64,000 nt of DNA from an uncultured bacterium (GTDB taxonomy: Bacteria; Actinomycetota; Acidimicrobiia; Spongiisociales; ZC4RG35): positions 112,045-176,044 of the forward strand of contig CAVWBT010000008.1 of NCBI GenBank assembly GCA_963753285.1. Reading direction: 5' to 3'. Each line of letters opens with the position of its first letter. Positions within the stretch are counted from its first letter, which is position 1. The translations under genes and the position numbers were made by a program. The notes beneath the pieces were generated by a model, which worked only from the letters and a program-made list of their open reading frames with translations, searched no databases and was not told the origin of the DNA. Positions 19,091 through 29,059 of the stretch are shown here, in pieces.

Positions 19091-19750
19091 GTGATGCGAC
19101 TGCTCCTGGTTGAGGACGATCCGGCGATTGCAACGCCCCTCGTGTCGGGCCTCGAACGTCAGGGATTCACGGTCCGTTGGGTGGAGACGGGGGCCGACGC
19201 GCTCAATGCCGAGCTCGGCGATCTGGTGCTGCTGGATCTCGGGCTGCCCGATCTGGACGGCCAGGTCGTGTGCCGGCGGCTGCGTGATCGGTCCTCGATC
19301 CCGATCATCGTCGTGACCGCCAGATCCGAAGAAGTCGACCGGGTCGCGTTGCTCGAGATGGGCGCGGACGACTACGTCGTAAAGCCGTTCGGCTTCCGCG
19401 AGCTGGTCGCCAGAATCCGCGCCGTCCTCAGACGGACCGGCCATGAAGAACCTCCGGCCGCTCCGCACGCAGGTCGGATCATGATCGACCGCCGCACCCG
19501 CCAGGTCGAGGTCGACGAGCGCCATGTCCAGCTCACCCCGAAGGAGTACGACCTGCTGTCGTTCCTCGCCGACGATGCCGGCGCGGTTCGGACCCGAGAC
19601 GCGATCCTGCGGGCCGTCTGGGACGAGAACTGGTGGGGATCCTCCAAGACGCTCGATGTCCACGTGGCCTCGTTGCGCCGCAAGCTCGGGGATCCGGATC
19701 TCATCGAGACGGTGAGAGGCGTGGGGTACCGCCTGGCAGACGACAGATGA
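19091..19750 (+). CDS. OmpR-family response regulator
   Basis: VEDD, DLGLPD, GADDYVVKPF, ETVRGVGY. Confidence 0.95.
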   Translation: MMRLLLVEDDPAIATPLVSGLERQGFTVRWVETGADALNAELGDLVLLDLGLPDLDGQVVCRRLRDRSSIPIIVVTARSEEVDRVALLEMGADDYVVKPFGFRELVARIRAVLRRTGHEEPPAAPHAGRIMIDRRTRQVEVDERHVQLTPKEYDLLSFLADDAGAVRTRDAILRAVWDENWWGSSKTLDVHVASLRRKLGDPDLIETVRGVGYRLADDR

Positions 19751-21123
19751 CCCGTCGCCTGATCTTCTCGTACCTCACCGTCACGATGTTCGTACTCATC
19801 GTGCTCGAGGTCCCGTTCGCCGGGCTCGTGGCCGACCGACAGCGTCGCGAGCTGGTCACCGGGTTGGAGCGCGACGCCCTGATCCTGGCGACGATCTACG
19901 AAGATGCCTTGGATCGCAACGCCCCGTACAGCCCCACACCGGCCGACGACTACGCCGAGGAGACCGGAACGCGCGTCGTTGTCGTCGATCTCGAAGGTCG
20001 CTCGATCGTGGACTCGGTGCGGAACGTCAACGACGACTTCTCGAACCGAGAAGAGATCACCCGAGCGCTGTCCGGCGAGATCGCAAGCGGCACCCGACGT
20101 TCGGAGGACCTGGACCGGGATCTGCTCTTCGTTGCGGTCCCGGTGGCATCCGGAGGTGAGATCTACGGCGCAGTTCGGATCACCGCCGATCCTGCCGATG
20201 TGGAAGCAACGATCCACCGGTTCTGGTGGACCCTTGCCGGGGTCGCGGTCGTCGTGCTCGCAGCGATGGCGCTAGTGGGATGGGTGATCGCCCGATCGAT
20301 CACTCGACCGATCGTCGCCGTACGCGATGCTGCGGTCAGGGCCGGATCGGGAGATCTGGACGTCGACATCGAAATCGGCGACGCTCCACCCGAGTTGGGT
20401 GAACTCGTCCATCGCTTCAACGAGATGGCTGGGAGACTGAGAGACCTGATCGACCGGCAGCGCTCGTTCGTCAGTGACGCCAGCCATCAGCTCCGCACGC
20501 CGCTCACCGGCCTTCGCCTTCGACTCGAGAACCTCGAGGCCACCGTCCACCCCGACGTGCTGCCCGAGGTGGAGGGCGCCCTCGCCGAGGTCGAGCGGCT
20601 CGGACGGCTCGTCGAGCAGTTGCTCACGCTGGCTCGAGCAGAGGACGCCCCGATCGATCCCGAGCCCGTCGACCTGGCGCAACTGGTTGCGGAGCGTTGT
20701 GAACTGTGGGGGGCGGTCGCAGCAGCCAACGAGGTGTCGATCCGAAAGGAAGGCGCCGACGACGGACCAGTGATGGGCCTCGCGCTCCCGGGCGCTCTCG
20801 ATCAGATCCTCGACAACCTGATCGACAACGCCCTCTCGGTCTCACCGCCAGGCTCGGAGATCGTGGTGAGCGTCGAACCCGATCTCTCGGGTCACCGCAC
20901 GCGAGTCACCGACTCAGGCCCAGGTATGACCCCCGAGCAGATCGACCACGCCTTCGACCGGTTCTGGCGCAGCGACACGTCGACGTCGGGCACCGGGCTC
21001 GGACTGGCCATCGTCCGGCGGCTCGCCGAGGCCTCGGGCGGAACCGCCTCGTTGGAGGCCTCCGAGTCCGGCGGCCTCGAGGCCGTCATCATGGTGCCCG
21101 CCCACCGCAGCCGCCTCGCGTGA
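19747..21123 (+). CDS. HAMP sensor histidine kinase
   Basis: Two TM segments, HAMP, ASHQLRTP, NLIDNA, DSGPG, GTGLGL; ATGA overlap with the response regulator. Confidence 0.95.
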   Translation: MTRRLIFSYLTVTMFVLIVLEVPFAGLVADRQRRELVTGLERDALILATIYEDALDRNAPYSPTPADDYAEETGTRVVVVDLEGRSIVDSVRNVNDDFSNREEITRALSGEIASGTRRSEDLDRDLLFVAVPVASGGEIYGAVRITADPADVEATIHRFWWTLAGVAVVVLAAMALVGWVIARSITRPIVAVRDAAVRAGSGDLDVDIEIGDAPPELGELVHRFNEMAGRLRDLIDRQRSFVSDASHQLRTPLTGLRLRLENLEATVHPDVLPEVEGALAEVERLGRLVEQLLTLARAEDAPIDPEPVDLAQLVAERCELWGAVAAANEVSIRKEGADDGPVMGLALPGALDQILDNLIDNALSVSPPGSEIVVSVEPDLSGHRTRVTDSGPGMTPEQIDHAFDRFWRSDTSTSGTGLGLAIVRRLAEASGGTASLEASESGGLEAVIMVPAHRSRLA

Positions 21124-21160
21124 TGGGCCGCGCATCGGCCTCATCACCTCCTGATCGAGC

Positions 21161-21191
21161 GAGGGGACCCGCCCCTGGGACGGGTCCCCTC
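21161..21191. terminator. Bidirectional hairpin terminator
   Basis: GAGGGGACCCG...CGGGTCCCCTC between convergent genes. Confidence 0.7.
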
Positions 21192-21196
21192 CGCAT

Positions 21197-22603
21197 TCAC
21201 GGACAGAACGCCAACGACGGTGTTCCGGCTGCCGTGAGCCCGGCGAACTTGGGAACGAGCGTGAACTCGCAGCCGAAGGTCGGGTCGGCAACCACGGCCG
21301 GATCGAGCACGGCGTCACCTTCAGGCTTCGGCCCACCGTCGGTCCAATCGATCAACGCCGACAGCCCGGCCACGATCTCGGATCCGTCGATGTCGCAGTG
21401 GATCGCACCGAGTATCGCCCGTTGGACGAGCAAGTCGCTCGTCCCAGACTCGGCTGCCTCGTTTCCGTAGACGATCTCGTTGTGGAAGGGCACGAAGAGG
21501 TCGCCGGTGTTGTGCAGCGTCAGAGTCGGGATCCGAATGTCGCCCGACACCTTCGGCACGTTCGACAGGCCGTTGCTGCTCCTCGCCGATCGGTCCGCCT
21601 GAACGCGAGCGATGCCCTCGTTCAAAGCGATCTCCGCGGCCGACAGCGCCGGGTCGAGGTCGGTCTGGTACTCGACCCCGACGTTGTCTGCAGCGACGCC
21701 TGGCCGTCCCGGCAGCGCTCCGTTGCCGGTCCCCAGGTCGAAGAGGAAGTTCCCGTTGGGATTCGTGGCCGTCGAGTTCCAGAATCGGAAGGCGTCATCG
21801 AAGTACGGTCGGTCACCACCCGAGCGGAGCTCGACCAGCTGGGCAAACGCCGCTCCGTCGGCATTGAGCACGAACGGGAAGATCGGCCCGAGAGCCGCCT
21901 TCACCTGCGGCACGGTCGTGGTCAGGTAGTCGTCGGCAACGGGGAAGCTCGAGGTGCCCAGGGCGATCTGTTGCGCGGCCACGTTGAAGTCGAGGAAGTA
22001 GTCGAACAGCTCGTAGTCGCCCACGACTCCGCACATCGGCATCGCCGCTGCGTAGCTGTTGGCATACTGCTCGGCCGACACCGCCGTGATGTGGCCTCCC
22101 ATCGAGTACCCGATGATGAACACATCTTCGGGGTTGCCGACCAGCCCGTTGAAGAACTTGGAGAGGGCATGGGTGTCTTTCACGCCCTGGGCGACGTTGT
22201 AGCCGTTCTTGGAATAGGTCGACTGGGCCCAGGCGTAGCCGTTGGCGAGCATCCACGCCCGGACGTCGGGCGGGAACTCGGCAGGCTGATAGAGGCCCGA
22301 ACCGGCCGGGAATTCCTCCCGGTTGAAGAACAGCCGGGCACCCTCACCCCGGTACCCATGGGCCCACATGATCAGGTCGCCATTCCAGTTGGCCGGAACC
22401 TCGATCTGATAGCCGGCGTTGTTGTGGATCCCCCACAATTGCTCAGCCGACTCGAAACCCGGCAGTGGCTCGAACGGCAGCGTGGCCTCGTCCACGTAGT
22501 AGTCGGGAGCGTCGGGCGCCTTCGCCTTCCCCGCGCTCGCCGCTCCCGGCATGACCGACACCAGCAACGCTGACAGCGCTGCGAGCAGCATGAACCGTCT
22601 CAT
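21197..22603 (-). CDS. Secreted alpha/beta hydrolase
   Basis: Signal peptide, WAHGY oxyanion loop, GYSMGG nucleophile, GDLFVP, HC. Confidence 0.8.
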   Translation of the reverse strand: MRRFMLLAALSALLVSVMPGAASAGKAKAPDAPDYYVDEATLPFEPLPGFESAEQLWGIHNNAGYQIEVPANWNGDLIMWAHGYRGEGARLFFNREEFPAGSGLYQPAEFPPDVRAWMLANGYAWAQSTYSKNGYNVAQGVKDTHALSKFFNGLVGNPEDVFIIGYSMGGHITAVSAEQYANSYAAAMPMCGVVGDYELFDYFLDFNVAAQQIALGTSSFPVADDYLTTTVPQVKAALGPIFPFVLNADGAAFAQLVELRSGGDRPYFDDAFRFWNSTATNPNGNFLFDLGTGNGALPGRPGVAADNVGVEYQTDLDPALSAAEIALNEGIARVQADRSARSSNGLSNVPKVSGDIRIPTLTLHNTGDLFVPFHNEIVYGNEAAESGTSDLLVQRAILGAIHCDIDGSEIVAGLSALIDWTDGGPKPEGDAVLDPAVVADPTFGCEFTLVPKFAGLTAAGTPSLAFCP

Positions 22604-22786
22604 TCCCACTCTCTCTCCTCGCGAAGCTTCGACCGTATTCAGCTTCACGTTCGAATGTCAGGCGAACCCGGGACTTTTTGGCCGACATCCATCACTGCGA
22701 TGAGCCCAGCAGCGGCCACCCGCCGCCGGAGGTCCGAGTCACCACTTCGTTGCCCCACCTTCGAAACCACGCCGACGATTGCCCAG

Positions 22787-22800
22787 CGAACGATCGTTCG
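22787..22800. promoter_or_regulatory. Perfect palindrome, probable PaaR operator
   Basis: CGAACGATCGTTCG immediately upstream of a TAGCCT -10-like element and the paaA ATG. Confidence 0.65.
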
Positions 22801-22814
22801 TTAGCCTGCGCCCC

Positions 22815-23762
22815 ATGACCACGAAAACGACCGGACAGGAACGATTTCAGGCGATCCTCGACGAGGACGGCAAGATCGAGCCGAAGGACTGGATGCCCGA
22901 CGGCTACCGCAAGACCCTCATCCGCCAGATCGCCCAGCACGCCCACTCGGAAGTGATCGGGATGCAACCCGAGGGCAACTGGATCAATCGGGCACCGAGC
23001 CTCCACCGCAAGGCGATCCTCATTGCAAAGGTGCAGGACGAAGCCGGCCACGGGCTCTACCTGTACTCGGCCGCAGAGACCCTCGGCGTGAGCCGGGACG
23101 AGCTCGTCGACCTGCTCCACGCCGGGAAACACAAGTACTCGTCGATCTTCAACTACCCGACGCTCAGCTGGGCCGACATCGGTGCGATCGGCTGGCTCGT
23201 TGACGGCGCCGCCATCACGAACCAGGTCATGCTCACCCGATGCTCGTACGGACCCTACGCACGCGCCATGGTCAGGATCTGCAAGGAGGAATCGTTCCAT
23301 CAGCGGCAGGGCTACGAGATCCTGCTCACCCTCGCCAACGGCACCAACGAACAGAAGGCCATGGCCCAGGACGCCCTCGATCGCTGGTGGTGGCCCGCAT
23401 TGATGATGTTCGGGCCGCACGACGCCGACTCGACGCACTCGGAGCAATCGACGGCATGGAAGATCAAACGCATGTCGAACGACGCATTGCGACAGCAGTT
23501 CGTCGACATGACCGTCCCACAGGCGGATTTCCTCGGACTCACCATTCCAGACCCCGACCTCAAATGGAACGAGGAGCGCGGCCACTACGACTTCGGCCCG
23601 ATCGACTGGGACGAGTTCTGGAAGGTCGTCAAGGGAGACGGCCCGATGAACCGGGAACGGCTCGAGCACAAACGCAAGTACTGGGACGACGGAGCCTGGG
23701 TCAGAGAAGCCGCCGAGGCCTTCGCCGCCAAGCACGCCGGCAGGCCGCGAAGGGTTGCCTGA
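22815..23762 (+). CDS. paaA: Phenylacetyl-CoA epoxidase subunit A
   Basis: [33 protein letters not shown]. Confidence 0.97.
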   Translation: MTTKTTGQERFQAILDEDGKIEPKDWMPDGYRKTLIRQIAQHAHSEVIGMQPEGNWINRAPSLHRKAILIAKVQDEAGHGLYLYSAAETLGVSRDELVDLLHAGKHKYSSIFNYPTLSWADIGAIGWLVDGAAITNQVMLTRCSYGPYARAMVRICKEESFHQRQGYEILLTLANGTNEQKAMAQDALDRWWWPALMMFGPHDADSTHSEQSTAWKIKRMSNDALRQQFVDMTVPQADFLGLTIPDPDLKWNEERGHYDFGPIDWDEFWKVVKGDGPMNRERLEHKRKYWDDGAWVREAAEAFAAKHAGRPRRVA

Positions 23763-24100
23763 TGGTCTACGAGGGACACGGCGCGCCTGAAGAGGGCTCG
23801 GAACCGACCGGCACCGGCCGGACCGGCTGGCCGCTGTGGGAGGTCTTCATCCGCCAGCGACGCGGCCTGTCCCACACCCACGCCGGCAGCATCCACGCAC
23901 CCGATGCCGAGACTGCATTGCAGAACGCCCGAGACGTCTACACCAGGAGATCCGAGGGCGTCTCGATCTGGGTCGTGCCGAGCGCATCGATCTCCGCATC
24001 AGACCCCGACGCCGCAGAGGAGTTCTTCGACCCGGCCGCCGACAAGCCCTACCGCCACCCCACCTTCTACACCATCCCCGACGAAGTGGGGCACATGTGA
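23762..24100 (+). CDS. paaB: Phenylacetyl-CoA epoxidase subunit B
   Basis: WPLWEVF, ARDVYTRRSEGVSIWVV, YRHPTFY. Confidence 0.95.
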   Translation: MVYEGHGAPEEGSEPTGTGRTGWPLWEVFIRQRRGLSHTHAGSIHAPDAETALQNARDVYTRRSEGVSIWVVPSASISASDPDAAEEFFDPAADKPYRHPTFYTIPDEVGHM

Positions 24101-24123
24101 GACTCGGTCGCAAGCTCCCTCGC

Positions 24124-24190
24124 CGTCTCACGTCTCACGTCTCACGTTTCACGTCTCGGCCCGTTACGTGTGACGTGGAACGTGGAACGA
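24124..24190. repeat. Heptamer (CGTCTCA/GAACGTG) repeats with an inverted arm
   Basis: CGTCTCA x3, CGTTTCA, CGTCTCG, then TGACGTG, GAACGTG and a partial GAACG. Confidence 0.7.
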
Positions 24191-24203
24191 GGAGAGCAAT
24201 CTG

Positions 24204-24968
24204 ATGGCGGTCAAGACCAACCAGTCCCTGTTCTCGTACGTGCTGCGCCATGGCGATGACTGTTTGATCCTGGCGCAGCGGTTGGGGGATCTGGTGTCGC
24301 GGGCGCCGGAGCTCGAGGAGGACATCGCCCTGGCGAACATCGCCCTCGACATCCTCGGAACCGGGCGGCGGCTGCTCCAATACGCCGGCGAGATCGAAGG
24401 CGAGGGCCGGAGCGAGGACGACCTGGCGTTCGGACGAAGCGAGCGCGAATTCACCAACCTGCTTCTCACCGAAGCTCCGAACGGCGACTTCGGGCAGACG
24501 ATGGCCCGACAGTTCCTGTTCGACGCCTACCACGACCTGCTCTGGAACCGGCTCGTCGAGTCGAGCGACGACACGATCGCAGGCATCGCCGGCAAGGCAC
24601 GGAAGGAATCGGCCTACCACCTCCGCCACTCCCGTCTGTGGGTGCTGCGGCTCGGCGACGGCACCGAGGAATCTCACCGACGGATGCAGGCCGGTCTCGA
24701 TGCCGTGTGGCGGTTCACCGGAGAGATGTTCATCGACGACGATGTCGACAGGGCTGCCGCCGACGCCGACTACGGAGTGCTTCCATCCTCCCTCCGCGAT
24801 GAATGGCTGGCGACGATCACCGACGCCATCATCGAGGCGACACTCCACGTGCCGGACGACACCTCGGTCAGGACCGGCGGGCGAGAAGGCCGCCACTCCG
24901 AGGAGATGGGACCGCTGCTCGCAGAGATGCAGCACATGTATCGGTCGTTTCCGGGGGCATCGTGGTGA
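24204..24968 (+). CDS. paaC: Phenylacetyl-CoA epoxidase subunit C
   Basis: GDDCLILAQR, APELEEDIALANIALD, KESAYH, RLGDGT, GRHSE. Confidence 0.95.
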   Translation: MAVKTNQSLFSYVLRHGDDCLILAQRLGDLVSRAPELEEDIALANIALDILGTGRRLLQYAGEIEGEGRSEDDLAFGRSEREFTNLLLTEAPNGDFGQTMARQFLFDAYHDLLWNRLVESSDDTIAGIAGKARKESAYHLRHSRLWVLRLGDGTEESHRRMQAGLDAVWRFTGEMFIDDDVDRAAADADYGVLPSSLRDEWLATITDAIIEATLHVPDDTSVRTGGREGRHSEEMGPLLAEMQHMYRSFPGASW

Positions 24969-25420
24969 GCACCGCCTGGGACGTCGCCGCAGCGGTTCCC
25001 GATCCCGAAATCCCCGTGCTGGACATCGCCGAGATGGGAATCCTCCGCTCGGTGGAGGTCGACGAAACCGGCCACGTCACCGTGACGATCACCCCGACCT
25101 ACTCGGGATGCCCCGCGATGGAAGCCATCCAGTCCACGATCCTCGACGACCTCGGCAAGGCCGGATTCACCGATGCGGAGGTGAAGACCGCGCTGTCGCC
25201 GGCGTGGACCACCGACTGGATGACCGACGATGCCCGCCGCAAACTGGAGGAACACGGCATCGCTCCCCCCGCCAGGACCGGATCGGAGCAGCCGGCCCGC
25301 TGCCCGCAGTGCTCGTCGACCAACACCGACGTCATCTCCCCGTTCGGATCCACGGCGTGTAAAGCGCTCATGGTCTGCTCCGATTGCGGCGAGCCCTTCC
25401 ACCACTTCAAGACGCTCTGA
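24965..25420 (+). CDS. paaD: Phenylacetyl-CoA epoxidase subunit D
   Basis: VPDPEIP, TPTYSGCPA, WTTDW, CPQC, FGSTACK, EPFHHFK. Confidence 0.95.
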   Translation: MSTAWDVAAAVPDPEIPVLDIAEMGILRSVEVDETGHVTVTITPTYSGCPAMEAIQSTILDDLGKAGFTDAEVKTALSPAWTTDWMTDDARRKLEEHGIAPPARTGSEQPARCPQCSSTNTDVISPFGSTACKALMVCSDCGEPFHHFKTL

Positions 25421-25424
25421 CTCG

Positions 25425-26504
25425 ATGACGACGATCGCCACTCCCCCCGTCTTCCATCGCCTCGAGGTCATCGAGATCGAGCCGCTCACCGACGACTCCG
25501 TTGCGGTGACGTTCGACGTCCCTCCCGAACTCGAGGACGTGTTCACGTTCGTGCCCGGACAGCATGTCACCGTGCGCTCCCAGATCGACGGACAGGACGT
25601 CCGGCGCAGCTACTCGATCTCGTGCCCACCTGGTCAGGGCAGGGTGAGGGTCGGGATCAAACGTGTACCGACAGGGATCTTCTCGACGTTTGCCACGACG
25701 CGACTCGCGCCGGGCGATGTGCTCGAGGTGATGCCACCGGTCGGCGAGTTCACCCTCCCGTCGGAGCTGACAGACAAGCATCTGGTGGCGATCGTCGCCG
25801 GTTCGGGCATCACTCCCGTGCTCTCGATGATCGCCACCGCGCTCGGCAGCGACCCGACCTGCCGATTCACGCTGATCTACGGGAACCGGACGTCGATGTC
25901 CGTGATGTTCCTCGAAGAGCTCGAAGCGCTGAAGGATCGGTTCAGCGACCGCTTCCACCTCATGCACGTGCTCAGCCGCGAACCGCAGCCCGTCGACCTG
26001 TTCACCGGCCGGATCGACGCCGACAAGCTGGACGCGATCCTGTCCGCGCTCGTCGACCCCGACGACGTGGACGAATGGTTCCTGTGCGGCCCCCACGGTC
26101 TGATCGAGACGGCCCGAACCACCCTCGGACGTCGCGGCGTCCCCAGTGGCTCGATCAGGGACGAACTGTTCTACGCAGGCGACACCCCACCCGTTCCCGT
26201 GGTCGACGAGTCCGACGCCCAGGAGGGCTCCGTGCACGTCGGATTCACCCTCGACGGCCGGCGTTCGACCGTCGGGATGGAACCCCACCAGACGCTCCTC
26301 GAAGCAGCGATGCGGGTCCGTCGGGGCCTGCCGTTTTCGTGCAAGGGCGGTATGTGCGCAACCTGCAAGGCCCACGTCGTCAGCGGGGAGGTCCGGATGG
26401 ACAAGAACTACGCGCTCGTCGCCGACGAGGTGGAGGCCGGATTCGTGCTCACCTGCCAGTCACATCCTGTCACGGACACCGTCGAGATCGACTTCGATGT
26501 CTGA
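25425..26504 (+). CDS. paaE: Phenylacetyl-CoA epoxidase reductase subunit E
   Basis: RRSYS, GSGITP, LCGP, CKGGMCATC, LTCQ. Confidence 0.95.
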   Translation: MTTIATPPVFHRLEVIEIEPLTDDSVAVTFDVPPELEDVFTFVPGQHVTVRSQIDGQDVRRSYSISCPPGQGRVRVGIKRVPTGIFSTFATTRLAPGDVLEVMPPVGEFTLPSELTDKHLVAIVAGSGITPVLSMIATALGSDPTCRFTLIYGNRTSMSVMFLEELEALKDRFSDRFHLMHVLSREPQPVDLFTGRIDADKLDAILSALVDPDDVDEWFLCGPHGLIETARTTLGRRGVPSGSIRDELFYAGDTPPVPVVDESDAQEGSVHVGFTLDGRRSTVGMEPHQTLLEAAMRVRRGLPFSCKGGMCATCKAHVVSGEVRMDKNYALVADEVEAGFVLTCQSHPVTDTVEIDFDV

Positions 26505-27079
26505 TGGTGACCGCCCGGAACAGCCGTGAAGACGTCATCGCTGCCGCCGGCAGGCTCTTCGCCGCCCGCGGCTATCAAGGGACGTCGATGCGGGACCTCG
26601 GAAGAGAACTCGGCCTCCACGGCTCGTCGCTCTACAGCCACGTGACCTCGAAGGAGGACCTGCTGGTCGCAGTCGTCGAACGCGGCGCCGAGCGCTTCGA
26701 GCACTCGGCGGAGCAAGCGCTCGGCGGCCACGACACCCCCGTCCAGCGCCTCCGAGCCCTCATCGGCGGCCACATCGACGTCGTCCTCGACCACACGGAT
26801 GAGGCAAAGACCTTCCTCGACGAGGCCCGGTCGCTCGAAGATCCGGCCCGTCGGCGTATCCGCGACGCCCGTAACGGCTACGAGTTGCGGTTCCGAACCG
26901 TCATCACCGAGGGCATCGAGCGCGGAGCGTTCAGCACGACGACCGACCCCAAAATCGCCACGATCTTCATCCTGTCGATCCTCAACGCCATCGAACGGTG
27001 GTACGACCCCGCCGGCCCGCTCGGTCGCGACGATCTCAAGAGCGAGATCAGCGCGTTCGTGGAGAAGTCCTTGGTTTGA
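26504..27079 (+). CDS. TetR-family regulator (PaaR-like)
   Basis: LFAARGYQGTSMRD...SLYSH..KEDL; WY.P.G C-terminus; coupled to paaE. Confidence 0.88.
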   Translation: MVTARNSREDVIAAAGRLFAARGYQGTSMRDLGRELGLHGSSLYSHVTSKEDLLVAVVERGAERFEHSAEQALGGHDTPVQRLRALIGGHIDVVLDHTDEAKTFLDEARSLEDPARRRIRDARNGYELRFRTVITEGIERGAFSTTTDPKIATIFILSILNAIERWYDPAGPLGRDDLKSEISAFVEKSLV

Positions 27080-27140
27080 GTCATCCACTTCTGGGTACCA
27101 CTCCGAACAAGGAGTGTCGTACCCGAGTGAGGAGAGAGAC

Positions 27141-27743
27141 ATGCGACGCAAACTGTCCATCATGTTGGCCGCCGCCCTGGCCATGACCGTGGTTGCCGTC
27201 CCGGCGACCGCAGACGAAGACCCCTTCACCATCGTCGACGCCGTGCTATTGGACGATGGCGAGTTCGATGTCCTCGAGGCCGCGGTGCTGGCCGTGGAGG
27301 ACGCCGGCATCCTCGCCGCCGCCACCCTGCTGTCGAGCGAGGGTCAGTTCACGGTGTTCGCACCGACCGACAAGGCGTTCGCCAAGCTCGCCGAGGACCT
27401 GGGTGCAGGAGACCTGAAGTCCGATGACGACGTCGTGACCTGGCTCGTGACCAACGTCGGGCTCGAGACGATCGCTGCAGTGCTCGCCTACCACGTCGTC
27501 GACCCTGTCGCCGTGCCCTTCGCAGTCGACTCCTCGACTGTGGTGACGCTTCCCGCAGCTCCGATGTTCGACGGCAACACCGTCGGCATCTTCGCTCCGG
27601 GCAAGGCGTTCCGCTCGATCCAGTTCGTCGACAACGATCCCGACGCCCGTAACCCGAAGCTGGTCAAGGGCCTGTTCGACATCGAAGTCGACAACGGCAT
27701 CATCCACGGCATCGACCGGGTCCTCCGTCCCATCGATCTGTGA
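27141..27743 (+). CDS. Secreted fasciclin (FAS1) domain protein
   Basis: Signal peptide, FTVFAPTDKAF, LAYHVV, NGIIHGIDRVL. Confidence 0.9.
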   Translation: MRRKLSIMLAAALAMTVVAVPATADEDPFTIVDAVLLDDGEFDVLEAAVLAVEDAGILAAATLLSSEGQFTVFAPTDKAFAKLAEDLGAGDLKSDDDVVTWLVTNVGLETIAAVLAYHVVDPVAVPFAVDSSTVVTLPAAPMFDGNTVGIFAPGKAFRSIQFVDNDPDARNPKLVKGLFDIEVDNGIIHGIDRVLRPIDL

Positions 27744-27785
27744 GATAGCCACCGGCTGGCGGCCAACGGCCAAGAGCCATTCGCT

Positions 27786-27823
27786 GAGTTGGAGGGCGGT
27801 GCGACAGCGCCGTCCTCCAACTC
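27786..27823. terminator. Bidirectional hairpin terminator
   Basis: GAGTTGGAGGGCGG...CCGTCCTCCAACTC between convergent genes. Confidence 0.7.
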
Positions 27824-27828
27824 GTTGG

Positions 27829-28101
27829 TCAGGCCGGGCGGACTTTCGGCACGAGGATGCCTGGCTCGTACTGATGTCGCGGGTACTGATCGATCGCCAT
27901 CTCGGGATGGTCGGCTCTCCCGCAGATCACGCAAGCCTCGCGGCCGCCCCCGCCGGCCTCGGAGATGACGGTCCCGAACGCATGAAGCAACTGCCCGACG
28001 AACTGGACCTCATCCGCATCGAAACTGGTCCCGGTCTCGTTTTCGATCGCACGGCGCAACCGCAAGGTCACGCGCTCGAGGATTTCCCTGTCGTTGTCCA
28101 T
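27829..28101 (-). CDS. Hypothetical protein with CxxC-x4-H motif
   Basis: 90-aa ORF downstream of PAC2 with typical codon usage. Confidence 0.5.
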   Translation of the reverse strand: MDNDREILERVTLRLRRAIENETGTSFDADEVQFVGQLLHAFGTVISEAGGGGREACVICGRADHPEMAIDQYPRHQYEPGILVPKVRPA

Positions 28102-28122
28102 CGGGCGCCAACCTACCGGAAA

Positions 28123-28995
28123 TCAGTCGCCGAGGCCGCCATCAGAGGGACGGTTGCGCAGAAACCGCTCGATCTCCGACGCCAGATCCTCTCCCGATGC
28201 CGGGAGTTCTTGGTCCACAACGGCCTCGAGCCGCTCGACCATCGTGGCGATGTCGGGCCGAGCCTCGGTGATGGCATCGAGGTGGATGCGCTGGGCGTCG
28301 GCCTCGGCTGCGAGGCCGACCGCATCGATCGCCATTCCGAGATGCCGCGAGATCCGCTCCACCAGGGCGAGCGCGGCACCGTGGAACTCGACGCCGACGT
28401 AATGCGGCACCCGAGCCCAGAACCCCATGGCTGGGATGCCCGTTGCCGTCAACTCCACCTCGATCGCACGCGAGATGGCGGCGGGAACCCGTATGAGACC
28501 CTCCGGCCGTTCATCCGAATCCCGGATGCGCGACAGGTCGGACGCGGTGGTCAGGACGGGAACCGGACGGGTGTGGGGCACGGCCCACGGAATCCCACCG
28601 ATACCGATCACCTCCGTGACCCCGAGTTCGCCTGCAAGTGCCGCAACGGATTGCACGAACCCTCGCCATCGCAGCGCGGGCTCGGTCCCGGTGAGTACGA
28701 CCAGATCGCGTGCGCCGCCCGAGACAGCGGTCATGGTGACCTCGGGCCATTCGAAGGACTCGATCACTCCTTCCCGGAGCTCGTGCATGGGCCGTTGATC
28801 CCGAAAATCGAACAGCTCGTCGGAATCGAACCGGATGAAGGGCGACCGATCGCCGACGATCCACGAGAGGGCACCGGTGCCGGCTGCGCCTGCGTCGATC
28901 CATCCGTCGAAGGCGACGAGGAGAACCGGCGCCACGACGTCGGGTTGTGTCAACCGCCGATACATGACTCCGAGTATGGCGGACTCCTCGCACAA
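28123..28995 (-). CDS. PAC2 family protein
   Basis: AFDGWIDAG, FDFRDQRP, GTEP..RW, VPHTRP, VPHY, EIERFLR; start may be at 28965. Confidence 0.88.
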   Translation of the reverse strand: MCEESAILGVMYRRLTQPDVVAPVLLVAFDGWIDAGAAGTGALSWIVGDRSPFIRFDSDELFDFRDQRPMHELREGVIESFEWPEVTMTAVSGGARDLVVLTGTEPALRWRGFVQSVAALAGELGVTEVIGIGGIPWAVPHTRPVPVLTTASDLSRIRDSDERPEGLIRVPAAISRAIEVELTATGIPAMGFWARVPHYVGVEFHGAALALVERISRHLGMAIDAVGLAAEADAQRIHLDAITEARPDIATMVERLEAVVDQELPASGEDLASEIERFLRNRPSDGGLGD

Positions 28996-29059
28996 GGAGA
29001 TCCTTCAGATAGATTCGAGATCCACCGATCAATCGGCATCCAACCCGAAGGGGATCGAC

